Source: a virus
Lineage: Duplodnaviria > Heunggongvirae > Uroviricota > Caudoviricetes
IMG/VR virus record: IMGVR_UViG_3300032236_001858
Strand: one strand, 5' to 3'
DNA length: 64,000 nt
A program made the position numbers and the translations under genes. Positions 49,732 through 58,549 of this stretch are shown here, in pieces (positions within the stretch are counted from its first letter, which is position 1; each line of letters opens with the position of its first letter). A model generated the notes under the pieces. The model was not told the DNA's origin. It saw only the letters and a program-made list of their open reading frames with translations, and ran no database searches.

Positions 49732-51027
49732 ATGAACATAGAATCTCTAGGAAGACAGGCTATAGATAGAATCAAGTCTGAATGGGGCTTGCCCTTACAC
49801 GGATTTGTCGCTGGAGGTGCCATCGCAAACATTGTTTGGGAATTGGTATCAGGCAACAAAGCAGTGGTCAATGATATTGACATCTTTGTTTTTGATGGTA
49901 TTGAAAAAGAAATAGATTCAAATAAAAATTCTCTTTTCAATTACCAAGAAAAAGAAACAAAGTATTATGAAGACTATAATGGTATGAATTTTAATAATTA
50001 TACCAAGGATTTCTATTCTATAGTTGAGTCTGAGAGAGACGATATGTTTAATACTATTAAATATAAATCAAACACATCAGATCCTTCTTTAATTATTAAA
50101 TCATTTGATATTAATGCCACCCGCATCGGTTACGATATTGATAATGATAAAATCTATTGGACTTCTGAGTTTGAAGACTTCTTAAAAACTGGTGAACTAA
50201 AGATTACAAATCTTATGACACCTTCTCACACCGCAATTCGCATTGCTAAAAAGAATAAAGAGTTAAATGCTAAACTTGATGAATTTGAATTCAAATTAAT
50301 TCAATATGCTCTTTCTTATAGATTTATAGATAGAATCAAACTAAGATTTAGAGAAAGATATTTAGAAATGTGTAGAGAGTATAAAGATGTACTAACTAAG
50401 TATTTTCAAATGTCAAGAGATTTAGAATCTGAGGAATGGGTTTTAAGAGAAAAAGGCGAAAAAGTAGAACTTTATTATCTAGTAGCTAGAGATTATGAAC
50501 TGGAGAAAATTACTGATGAGTTTGAAAAAATTGTTTACAGTAGTTTACCTAAAATCTTTGATGATGAGAATATTAATAAGATATTCAAGTCAACCGACTT
50601 CTTATTCTATATGAGAAATATCTATAATAAAGAACAAAATATTAAAGATATGTGGTCTAAGCTATACTACTTCTTTAATGATGTTCACTATATAGATAGA
50701 GAAATTAACCAAGAAGATATGCAACTCTTAGAAAGATTTGCTAAATACGCTCCAGATTCTATTGAAAATCTTAAAGGTCTAAAAATCTCTGAGCAAATAG
50801 AAATTATTAAAAAGTTTTTAGATACATTTAAGGAAGATCCATTAATAGCAATTTCAATTTTAGAAAATACTAGAGTTGATAAGAACATTGTTTTAGATGA
50901 GCAAACTATGTTACTTTTAGAACTTTCTGTAAGAAAAAAAATTATTAATGATACTCGTGGTAAAGTCAATAAAATCTTGAATATTGAGGAAGCTGTTGAA
51001 AGTAAACCAGGTGATATCATCTGGTAA
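49732..51027 (+). CDS. Pol-beta-superfamily nucleotidyltransferase, CCA-adding / poly(A)-polymerase-like
   Basis: GFVAGGAIANIVW...NDIDIFV matches the GGxVRDxLLG...DxD head motif. FDINATRIGYD resembles RDFTINA motif B. 431 aa. Confidence 0.4.
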   Translation: MNIESLGRQAIDRIKSEWGLPLHGFVAGGAIANIVWELVSGNKAVVNDIDIFVFDGIEKEIDSNKNSLFNYQEKETKYYEDYNGMNFNNYTKDFYSIVESERDDMFNTIKYKSNTSDPSLIIKSFDINATRIGYDIDNDKIYWTSEFEDFLKTGELKITNLMTPSHTAIRIAKKNKELNAKLDEFEFKLIQYALSYRFIDRIKLRFRERYLEMCREYKDVLTKYFQMSRDLESEEWVLREKGEKVELYYLVARDYELEKITDEFEKIVYSSLPKIFDDENINKIFKSTDFLFYMRNIYNKEQNIKDMWSKLYYFFNDVHYIDREINQEDMQLLERFAKYAPDSIENLKGLKISEQIEIIKKFLDTFKEDPLIAISILENTRVDKNIVLDEQTMLLLELSVRKKIINDTRGKVNKILNIEEAVESKPGDIIW

Positions 51028-51077
51028 TTCTAAACTTTCTTGATATATAAAATATAAAATAAAAAATAATAAGAAAT

Positions 51078-51401
51078 ATGGTAGCATATATAACAGAATT
51101 AAATGCAGATAACTATGACAACTTTGTTAAAGAAGGATTAGTACTTGTTGACATTTGGGCGGCTTGGTGCGGTCCTTGTAAAATGATTTCACCTATTGTA
51201 GATGAAATCTCATCAGACTATGTTGATAGACTTAAAGTTGGTAAATGTGACGCTGATGCAAATAGAGATAAAGTTATGGAACTTGGTGTTAGAAATATTC
51301 CTACACTTTTCCTTTACAAAGATGGCCAAATTGTTGAAACTACAAAAGGTGCTATAACAAAAAAGGCAATAACTGAACTCATTGATAAACACTTATCATA
51401 A
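51078..51401 (+). CDS. trxA: thioredoxin
   Basis: WAAWCGPCK active site. 107 aa. Confidence 0.85.
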   Translation: MVAYITELNADNYDNFVKEGLVLVDIWAAWCGPCKMISPIVDEISSDYVDRLKVGKCDADANRDKVMELGVRNIPTLFLYKDGQIVETTKGAITKKAITELIDKHLS

Positions 51402-51976
51402 TGAAAGATATTGGTTACCTTTTTGACCTATTGAAAAAATCTAACATATCTCTATTGGGATATAAATTTAATCAAGAAAGGCTTAAAGATGAGATTATTT
51501 CAAAACTACCTCACTTGGTGGTTCATGAAATAAACTCGTCTTTTTCTTTTAAATCTTTTTTAAGAGATTTGAAACTTCAATCAATTTTAGAAACTAGTGA
51601 GACTATAAAAAATCCAGAGTATCTTGTTTTAGATTTGAATGATATTAGATTTAAATCAGATGATTTAGGTGATAGACAAAGACAAATATCTAATATTCTA
51701 AATAGGCTTAGAGAAGATATGTACTCTGGTTCTGATGTGCCTTATAAACTTTTGATACTCACCTCACTATACAGTAGTGGAAAGAACGTCGATGATGTTA
51801 ATATTACAAATTTTTCTGGCGGTAGCAAACCAATCTTTATGAGTGACGTAGTATTTGTAATGCAAGAAGAATCAATGAAAGTAATAAAGAATAGATTTGA
51901 TGAAAACAACATTGATATTTCTTACAATAAATTAAAAGATTATAACTATATTTGCAACTATGAAAATAACAACTAA
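51401..51976 (+). CDS. hypothetical protein
   Basis: 191-aa ORF between trx and smpB. Confidence 0.45.
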   Translation: MKDIGYLFDLLKKSNISLLGYKFNQERLKDEIISKLPHLVVHEINSSFSFKSFLRDLKLQSILETSETIKNPEYLVLDLNDIRFKSDDLGDRQRQISNILNRLREDMYSGSDVPYKLLILTSLYSSGKNVDDVNITNFSGGSKPIFMSDVVFVMQEESMKVIKNRFDENNIDISYNKLKDYNYICNYENNN

Positions 51977-52406
51977 CAAAAAAGCTTATTACGAATACTT
52001 TGTCATTGAAGACTTTGATGCTGGTATTATGCTTTTAGGAAGTGAAGTAAAGTCAATCAGAGAAGGTAACTTGAGTTTAATTGATTGTTTTGCTTACATT
52101 TCAGATGGTGAACTTTGGTTAAAAAATATGAAAGTGGCTCGATATAAACAAGTCCATGTTGCTGAAAAACATGAAGAAAATCGAGACAAAAAATTACTTC
52201 TCAATAGAAAAGAAATAAATAAAATTGAAAAGTTACTTCAAGATAATGGAACAACTATGGTTCCTTTAGAAGTATTCACAGCACATAATCGAATTAAAGT
52301 TAAGATTGGTGTTGTTAAAGGTAAGAAGCTATATGATAAAAGATCCACTATTAAAGAGAGAGATATAAAAAGAGAGATAAACAGAGAAAGTAATTTTAAT
52401 ATATAA
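51960..52406 (+). CDS. smpB: SsrA-binding protein SmpB
   Basis: KKAYYEYFVIEDFDAGIMLLGSEVKSIREG ... RDKKLLLNRKEI ... KIGVVKGKKLYDKRSTIKERD aligns along the full length with bacterial SmpB. Confidence 0.8.
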   Translation: MKITTNKKAYYEYFVIEDFDAGIMLLGSEVKSIREGNLSLIDCFAYISDGELWLKNMKVARYKQVHVAEKHEENRDKKLLLNRKEINKIEKLLQDNGTTMVPLEVFTAHNRIKVKIGVVKGKKLYDKRSTIKERDIKREINRESNFNI

Positions 52407-52425
52407 GTAAATATATTTATGTATT

Positions 52426-53298
52426 ATGTTAAACAATAAAGAAAAATCAATAAAATATTTATTGGAGAATTACTCAGTTAAATCAAAGGTTGAAATACAA
52501 AATGATTTAAATTTATCTTGGTCTTATATACAAAAATTAGCATGTCTTAATGGTATTAAAAGAACATCAAATGAGTCACCAAATGATTGGAGATATAAAA
52601 AGTTAATAAACTATAATGATAATATCTCTATGTATTGGATAGGATTTATGATAGCAGACGGTCATATTTCTAAAAAGAAGAATATACAGATTAATATATC
52701 TATAAAAGATAAACTACATCTGTTAAAAATAACAGAACATATTGGTAATATTTCTATAAATCTAACTGATAGTCAAATAAGAGCTACTATAAACGATAGA
52801 AGAACTACGAGTGTTTTATCAAATGATTTTAAATGGCTTTCTAATAAGACAAAAAATCCAATAGAAATACCAAAAATTATTTCTGAGGATTCTTTATTTA
52901 GTTTAATTATTGGATTTATAGATGGTGATGGTACCATAAATAAAAAAGGACATATTTTTGTTAAGTGTGATGGTTCTTGGAAGAATAATTTGGAATATTT
53001 TTATTATATATTAACAGGTGAAAAAAAAGTATTTAATCTAACAAGTGATGGTTTATCCATAATCTATATTCTTAAATTTAAGAATTTAATTCAAATTAAA
53101 GAAAGAGCTAAATTATTAAATTTACCAATAATGAGTAGAAAGTGGGATAGAATAGAAAATAAAGTTTTCAAGAGTGATAAATATGAGATTGTTAAAACTC
53201 TACTTAAAGAAGGTAATTCTATTAAAGAGACAATTGATAAAACAAACTTTGGACAAACTCTTGTTTATAAAGTTTATAAAGAAATTAATAAAATTTAA
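52426..53298 (+). mobile_element. freestanding LAGLIDADG homing endonuclease
   Basis: Two LAGLIDADG motifs, WIGFMIADGHI and LIIGFIDGDGTI. Confidence 0.65.
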
Positions 53299-53299
53299 A

Positions 53300-53662
53300 A
53301 TGGCTCGTAAACCTAAAGATATAAATCCTCTTTTGGACAAACTCAGTAAATCACTTACTGAAGAAGAAATTCTTAAACATCTTGTTAAATTGGTAAAATC
53401 ATTTGATCCTTACCAGTATAAAGAAGTCATATATAATAACCCTTATTACAAGTCTTTAATTCCAGATATTCAAGTTGATATAATCAAAGATTTAGAAAAT
53501 GTTAAAGATTCTTTAGTAAAAGAAATTGAAAAGATAGAGTCAGATCTTAAAAAGATTGGAAATAAAGACTCTGCGGAACAATTAAAAAATCTTAAAAGAG
53601 ATTGTTTGGCTTTAATCTATGAAATTGATGAACGTAAAAGAGAGATAGATAGTTTATCTTAA
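53300..53662 (+). CDS. hypothetical coiled-coil protein
   Basis: The ORF-track start at 53174 overlaps the endonuclease gene. The ATG at 53300 (MARKPKD) follows its stop. Confidence 0.4.
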   Translation: MARKPKDINPLLDKLSKSLTEEEILKHLVKLVKSFDPYQYKEVIYNNPYYKSLIPDIQVDIIKDLENVKDSLVKEIEKIESDLKKIGNKDSAEQLKNLKRDCLALIYEIDERKREIDSLS

Positions 53663-55300
53663 TAAAGAGTCAACATATCTTTCAATGTGTTTAGCTTTCT
53701 TAATGTCTTCTATAATTTCTTCTTCCCTTCTTTTATCAATTCTATCAATATAATACTCAGTATCACCAGAATACTGAAATTCATTTAAAATATTTCTGGT
53801 ATAAAAAAACGTAAGTCCTCTTTCATTAGATAAACTTTTAATAGATTTTAATTTAGCTATAACCATTGATAAATCTTCAATAGTTTGAATATTCTGAGAA
53901 AGTAAATAATTTTTGATCTTTTTACCAATTTCCATAAATATTTTAAATATTTCCTTAATTGCCTCATTATTAGAATTATTAACTATGTTAAGAGACTTAA
54001 TATATAGCTTTATATAGTCCTCATTATAAGAATTTAGTGATTTGAAACTACTAACAATATTTGATAAGTAATAATGTCTATCTGATTCATCAGCTTTCAT
54101 TATTTCATAAATATTATTAGACATACTATCTAAAGTGTCAAATCCTGGTCTACTTTTATAAATTGAAATAAAAGCAAAATCACTACAAACTGATTTTATA
54201 ACTAATTTTTGAAGATTTTTAAGTTCAGTAATATCTTGTTTAATACCCATTTTACCAACTAATGCAGACATGTATCTTTCAATGTTAGCCTTTTTTATTT
54301 CAGAATCACTTACTAATCTAGTAGCACCTTCTCTTGATTCAGTTCTACTTTTTCTTACATCACTAACTTTAGTTCCAACAGATTTAAGTACATCACCAAT
54401 CATTAAAACAATAGCAAAGTCTGATCTATCAACTGATTTATAATCATATATTGACCAATCTGTTTCACCCCACTCTCTTAAATTATAATTTTTATTTACT
54501 GGAAGATTGAAATCAAATGGATTTGATTCTTTTTTCTTTTCTTCTTCTTTTATTTTTCCTACTACATGTATAGGTTCATCTGATGGTGTATAAATATGTA
54601 GTTTACCATGGTCACTAGCTGGTGAATCCACATCACCCATTGTCCAAGAATCTATAAATCTTGAATCTTGATTTCTCCATTCTCTCCAATTTACTCCATC
54701 TACCGCACGGTCAGGTGTTCCACCATTAGCAACATTTTGAATGGCGTTAAGATGATCATTGTCATCTCTCCATATTTTAGCTAACGACAATCTATTTAAA
54801 TCTTCATAATCTTCAGACCAAACACCAATAACTAATTGGCCATGTTGTAATTCATTATAATCTTTAACCGGTGTTAATTTACCTGTTTTTATATCTAATG
54901 TGTTTTTTATGTAATCTAATTCTTCATTACTAAATGGTTCATTCTGATTTGTTTTTGCATAACCTTTAAGATACTTATTAAAATCCATTGTAAGATCACC
55001 TGTACCTGTGAATCCTAAATATCCCTCATCCATTGAGAACCAGAATTTCAAACAGTATAGACCTCTTTCATCTTCCTCAGTTGATTTTATTTTAAGTGCT
55101 TGATTTTTATTAAGATACTTAACATTATCATCTTTGATTTTATCAATAGGAATATCTAATTTAGCTATCATAGTTTTTAATTTATCACGGAATCTTTCTT
55201 TGGAATTATTATCTACTTTACTTTTCAAAAATTTCATCATTTTTGACAAAGCATTAGATTCAAAAGCCTCAAATAACATTAGATATTTCATGTCTGACAT
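53654..55300 (-). CDS. hypothetical protein (548 aa)
   Basis: Long ORF with no recognisable motif. Confidence 0.55.
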   Translation of the reverse strand: MSDMKYLMLFEAFESNALSKMMKFLKSKVDNNSKERFRDKLKTMIAKLDIPIDKIKDDNVKYLNKNQALKIKSTEEDERGLYCLKFWFSMDEGYLGFTGTGDLTMDFNKYLKGYAKTNQNEPFSNEELDYIKNTLDIKTGKLTPVKDYNELQHGQLVIGVWSEDYEDLNRLSLAKIWRDDNDHLNAIQNVANGGTPDRAVDGVNWREWRNQDSRFIDSWTMGDVDSPASDHGKLHIYTPSDEPIHVVGKIKEEEKKKESNPFDFNLPVNKNYNLREWGETDWSIYDYKSVDRSDFAIVLMIGDVLKSVGTKVSDVRKSRTESREGATRLVSDSEIKKANIERYMSALVGKMGIKQDITELKNLQKLVIKSVCSDFAFISIYKSRPGFDTLDSMSNNIYEIMKADESDRHYYLSNIVSSFKSLNSYNEDYIKLYIKSLNIVNNSNNEAIKEIFKIFMEIGKKIKNYLLSQNIQTIEDLSMVIAKLKSIKSLSNERGLTFFYTRNILNEFQYSGDTEYYIDRIDKRREEEIIEDIKKAKHIERYVDSLLR

Positions 55301-55320
55301 ACTCTATATATTAAAAAATA

Positions 55321-55352
55321 TTTGGTAAAATAAAACTTTATTCTTAATTTTG
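55321..55352 (+). promoter_or_regulatory. Bacteroidetes-type promoter P1 (TTTG-N20-TAATTTTG)
   Basis: TTTGGTAAAATAAAACTTTATTCTTAATTTTG is about 80% identical over 40 nt to the promoter at 57882. Confidence 0.5.
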
Positions 55353-55787
55353 TATAACAAACAAAGAGTCGTTAAGACAAAAGTTAAGAAATTAACAAGT
55401 TGAAAGACTTCACATTATAAACAATTTAGAAGATAAGTGTGAGTCTTAACGAAATTATGGTAGTAAGTAGCTGTTAAATATGTTAACACCCTTGTTAAAG
55501 CCAGTGAACTACCTTGTATTATATTATATGATAATAGTAAGGGTGTAGATATCAAAGTCGTGTTGGTGATAGATGTCTCAAATATAACTAAATGAATAAA
55601 CCCAACTCAAAGAAGATTAAACCGAGCAGAATGGTAACACTGCTCAACCGAGGCGAAAGCATATTAAAAGGTAATCCTAAGTGATGAGGTCACTAAAAGT
55701 TAAGGTAAGGTTCTCGGATTTCGACCATACTTAGCAGGCGTTCCAAACATCTTCTTTTTTTATTAAAAATTATTAAAAACAAAGTAT
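55353..55787 (+). ncRNA. candidate structured non-coding RNA or long structured leader
   Basis: A 435-nt ORF-free stretch downstream of promoter P1. GC content is locally raised, with several hairpins (GAGCAG..CTGCTC, GTGATGAGGTCAC) and a tmRNA-5'-like TTCTCGGATTTCGAC element. Confidence 0.3.
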
Positions 55788-56195
55788 ATGACACTGAAAG
55801 AAAAAATTAACGCAGACTTCATTACAGCTTTTAAATCTAAAAACGCTGTTGCTAAAAGTATTTTATCCGTAGTAAAGGGTGAAATTCAAAATATTGAAAA
55901 GAACGTAGGCTCTGATAATCTTTCAGATGTTGAAGTAACTAAGATTTTAACAAAGACTGTTAAATCTCTTAAAGAAACTATTGCATTAAGCAATGACGAA
56001 AAATCTAAGCTTGAATTAGCTATTGTTGAAGTTTATCTTCCAAAGCAAATGTCTAAAGAAGAAGTTACTGCTAAAGTAACAGAACTTGTAAATTCTGGTA
56101 TCACTCAAATTGGTGCCATCATGAAAGAATTTGCAACTCTTCCAGCTGACAAGAAAATGGTCTCTGAATCAATCAAAGAAGTTACTAAACAGTAA
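55788..56195 (+). CDS. GatB/YqeY-domain protein
   Basis: VYLPKQMSKEEVTAKVTELVNSGITQIGAIMKEF aligns with YqeY (YLPEQLSEEEL...GA.S..DMGKVMG). Confidence 0.6.
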   Translation: MTLKEKINADFITAFKSKNAVAKSILSVVKGEIQNIEKNVGSDNLSDVEVTKILTKTVKSLKETIALSNDEKSKLELAIVEVYLPKQMSKEEVTAKVTELVNSGITQIGAIMKEFATLPADKKMVSESIKEVTKQ

Positions 56196-57084
56196 TTTTT
56201 GTTGTAGATGATGATGCACCAGCAACATTAACTGCATTCAAGGTAATAGTATATGTGTGACCGGTGTAAGCATAATTATAGTTATAGCTTCCACCGTTCA
56301 CTACTGTTGTAGTTATTTGACTTGGGTTAAAATTCTGATTGTTATAAAGTTGGGTTCCTAATTCTGAGTATATTATACCACCTTCTGAAATAATCACTTG
56401 ATAAGCATCAACACCCGATAATTGATTCCAAGAGATATTTAATATTACATTATTATTCATTGGATTTATAGAACTACAAGTAAGACCTAAAGAGCCGGAA
56501 GGAATAGCAAAAGAGGCAGCTCTTTCACTCCACTTTGATATATTTCCATAAGAGCCATTAGCCCATTTAACAGTTTCAACTGTTCCAGAGACTGTAACTT
56601 TTTTAATAGACCAAGTATTATCAGTATCAGCAGCATTCATATCATATGAATATCCATAATAAGTAACTGGTGGATTAATATCTCTTCTTATCCAATTTAT
56701 AGCATTATAAGAACTAATAACTTTTTCTTCAACAATCATATATAATTGACCTGACTCGCTATATCTAGCTGACATACCACTACTACGAACTATTTTAACA
56801 GAATATGTATATGTACCTGCAACTGGTGTATCAATAACCGACATAGCAACTGTCATATTTAATCCACCTGTTGGAGTTTCAATGTGTAAAACCTCACCAA
56901 TAGCTGTTGAATCTCTAAATATTTGCAATTCATGCCATCCAGATCCACCTGGCTCAGCATCACCTGTAACAGTTACTTGAACTGGAAATCCACTCGTTGT
57001 TATAGAAGCGGTTTGTATAGTACTACCCGTAGCACTTAACGTTACTTGTCCATTGTTACCAATTGTATAATTTAAATCTATCAT
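56185..57084 (-). CDS. structural protein with Ig/FN3-like repeats
   Basis: 299-aa beta-rich Thr/Ser/Val ORF. TTTTAATATATACAAT lies about 18-32 nt upstream. Confidence 0.5.
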   Translation of the reverse strand: MIDLNYTIGNNGQVTLSATGSTIQTASITTSGFPVQVTVTGDAEPGGSGWHELQIFRDSTAIGEVLHIETPTGGLNMTVAMSVIDTPVAGTYTYSVKIVRSSGMSARYSESGQLYMIVEEKVISSYNAINWIRRDINPPVTYYGYSYDMNAADTDNTWSIKKVTVSGTVETVKWANGSYGNISKWSERAASFAIPSGSLGLTCSSINPMNNNVILNISWNQLSGVDAYQVIISEGGIIYSELGTQLYNNQNFNPSQITTTVVNGGSYNYNYAYTGHTYTITLNAVNVAGASSSTTKITV

Positions 57085-57102
57085 TTTGAAGTTTTATAGT
57101 TT

Positions 57103-57119
57103 ATTGTATATATTAAAAG
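57103..57119 (-). promoter_or_regulatory. putative late promoter (TTAATATATACAAT)
   Basis: Recurrent motif oriented toward the ATG at 57084. Confidence 0.4.
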
Positions 57120-57185
57120 TTTTTGTTTTAATTTCAGAAAAAACAAATTAATAAGTTTTCTATATAAAAAATAAAAATAAAAATT

Positions 57186-57398
57186 ATGGCTTATTTAAGA
57201 GATGGTGGAATTATCACTGAAAGAGATTATGTTGGGAAAACATTAGAAGAAGCAACACAATATGCTGAAAGTGGTGGGTTTGAAGTAAGAGTTGTTGAGG
57301 TTGATGGTCAATCTAAAATGCTTACTATGGATACTAAATCAAATAGAATTAATTTCAGAGTTCGTGGTGGTTATGTAACTGCGGCTTTTGGAGGATAA
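57186..57398 (+). CDS. hypothetical protein
   Basis: 70-aa ORF. Confidence 0.35.
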   Translation: MAYLRDGGIITERDYVGKTLEEATQYAESGGFEVRVVEVDGQSKMLTMDTKSNRINFRVRGGYVTAAFGG

Positions 57399-57412
57399 AA
57401 ATTTAAAATAAT

Positions 57413-57444
57413 TTGGTGAATTAAAAATGTCACCGTATATTTGT
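57413..57444 (+). promoter_or_regulatory. Bacteroidetes-type promoter P2 (TTTG-N20-TATATTTG)
   Basis: TTTGGTGAATTAAAAATGTCACCGTATATTTG, about 95 nt upstream of the gene at 57538. Confidence 0.45.
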
Positions 57445-57537
57445 ATTCACAAAACAGAACTGATAACTGTAAATAATCAGTGGAGCCGTTATTGAAATTC
57501 ACGTTAGAAATTTCCTTAAAATTAAAAAGGAAAATCT

Positions 57538-57879
57538 ATGAAGTCATTATGGCAATGGGAAAAACACGATGTTGTTAATTACCTAAGAGCAAATTTTTTA
57601 GAGACAGATGTTGAGTTTACAACAGAATCTCTAATTAAAAAGATTAACAAATCAAAATCAAAATCTTACGGTTTTGGTTATATTGATAAGATAATATCAA
57701 AGCACTTATCTGATTTGGCAACAGACGGATATCTAACAGTTAGATATGTTTCTGTTAAAATGGAACCAAATGAAGAATACTGGTATTCTGAAAAATGTAA
57801 AAAAAGATTTGGTTCAAAGACAGTATCAGTCTATAAAATGGTAGGAAGAGAGGAAAAAATAAAAAAAATATTGAAATAA
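57538..57879 (+). CDS. hypothetical protein
   Basis: 113-aa ORF. Confidence 0.45.
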   Translation: MKSLWQWEKHDVVNYLRANFLETDVEFTTESLIKKINKSKSKSYGFGYIDKIISKHLSDLATDGYLTVRYVSVKMEPNEEYWYSEKCKKRFGSKTVSVYKMVGREEKIKKILK

Positions 57880-57881
57880 AT

Positions 57882-57913
57882 TTGGTAGAATTAAAACTTT
57901 TTACTAATTTTGT
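57882..57913 (+). promoter_or_regulatory. Bacteroidetes-type promoter P3 (TTTG-N20-TAATTTTG), candidate tRNA-island promoter
   Basis: TTTGGTAGAATTAAAACTTTTTACTAATTTTG, a paralogue of P1. Confidence 0.45.
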
Positions 57914-58097
57914 ATAAAATAAGAACAAAAATAACAAAAGAGACAATAACTTTTTAATATATAAAGAAATGAGAACAAATAATACACATAAACATTTTAG
58001 TAAATCGAATAAGTGGTTTAGCAACCAGTTCGGTACTGAAAGTGTATTGCTCTCAAATAAGATGTTAAAAGTCTAATTTTAGATAAACAATATTCAA

Positions 58098-58131
58098 AAG
58101 TCCGAACTTCAAAAAAGTTCGGACTTTTTTG
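58098..58131 (+). terminator. rho-independent terminator-like hairpin
   Basis: AGTCCGAACTTCAAAAAAGTTCGGACT followed by T6, immediately 5' of the first tRNA-like gene. Confidence 0.5.
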
Positions 58132-58139
58132 TTTTATAT

Positions 58140-58225
58140 GGTGTCGTTATTGTTAACGGAGAGTCGAAAGACGAGCATCTGGCTCTGTGAAAGCCAGGGT
58201 ACGGGTTCAAATCCCGTACGACACC
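58140..58225 (+). tRNA. tRNA-like, His anticodon GTG with a G-1:C73 pair, atypical (about 10 extra nt in the D region)
   Basis: Acceptor GTGTCGT/ACGACAC, anticodon stem TGGCT/AGCCA with loop CTGTGAA, T arm ACGGG-TTCAAAT-CCCGT. The D region runs 58150-58178. Confidence 0.35.
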
Positions 58226-58231
58226 CAAGAA

Positions 58232-58304
58232 GGAACCTAAGCTAATCAGGTGAAAGCACTGGACTGAAAATCCAGGGAGCCCGGATCGTTACCGGGAGGT
58301 TCCA
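58232..58304 (+). tRNA. tRNA-Phe(GAA) variant with a non-canonical T-loop (ATCGTTA), encoded CCA
   Basis: Acceptor GGAACCT/AGGTTCC, anticodon stem CTGGA/TCCAG with loop CTGAAAA, T arm CCCGG-ATCGTTA-CCGGG, then A-CCA. Confidence 0.45.
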
Positions 58305-58315
58305 CCAAAATAAAT

Positions 58316-58389
58316 GGTGTATGTAGCTCAATCGGTAGAGCGTCGGTTTGTGGAGCCGAAGGTAGCGGGATCGTAACCCGTCATTCACC
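58316..58389 (+). tRNA. tRNA-His(GTG) with G-1:C73, non-canonical T-loop (ATCGTAA)
   Basis: G-1 precedes acceptor GTGTATG/CATTCAC (one mismatch). D arm GCTC-AATCGGTA-GAGC. Anticodon stem TCGGT/GCCGA with loop TTGTGGA. Confidence 0.5.
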
Positions 58390-58394
58390 CAAAA

Positions 58395-58466
58395 GGAGAC
58401 TTAGCTGAGACGGTTTAGCGTTTGGTTGAAGCCCAAAAGAGGTCGGTTCGATTCCGGCAGTCTCCA
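58395..58466 (+). tRNA. tRNA-Phe(GAA), canonical
   Basis: Acceptor GGAGACT/AGTCTCC, D arm GCTG..TAGC, anticodon stem TTTGG/CCAAA with loop TTGAAGC, T arm GTCGG-TTCGATT-CCGGC. Confidence 0.6.
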
Positions 58467-58472
58467 CAACAT

Positions 58473-58543
58473 ACGTCATACAGACAAGGTGTCGGTCAGG
58501 TCTCCAAAACCTCGACGGTGGGGTTCGATTCCTCAATGGCGTG
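58473..58543 (+). tRNA. tRNA-like, Trp anticodon CCA, atypical short D arm (71 nt)
   Basis: Acceptor ACGTCAT/ATGGCGT (one G-U pair). Anticodon stem CAGGT/ACCTC (one mismatch) with loop CTCCAAA. T arm TGGGG-TTCGATT-CCTCA. Confidence 0.35.
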
Positions 58544-58549
58544 CTAAAT

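Noticed and set aside
55353-55787. Complete tmRNA gene (expected as the partner of the phage SmpB)
   Set aside because: A tmRNA-like TTCTCGGATTTCGAC element is present, but I could find no tRNA-like T arm with an acceptor 3' strand, no CCA, and no in-frame tag peptide ending in a stop on either strand. It is reported only as a candidate ncRNA.
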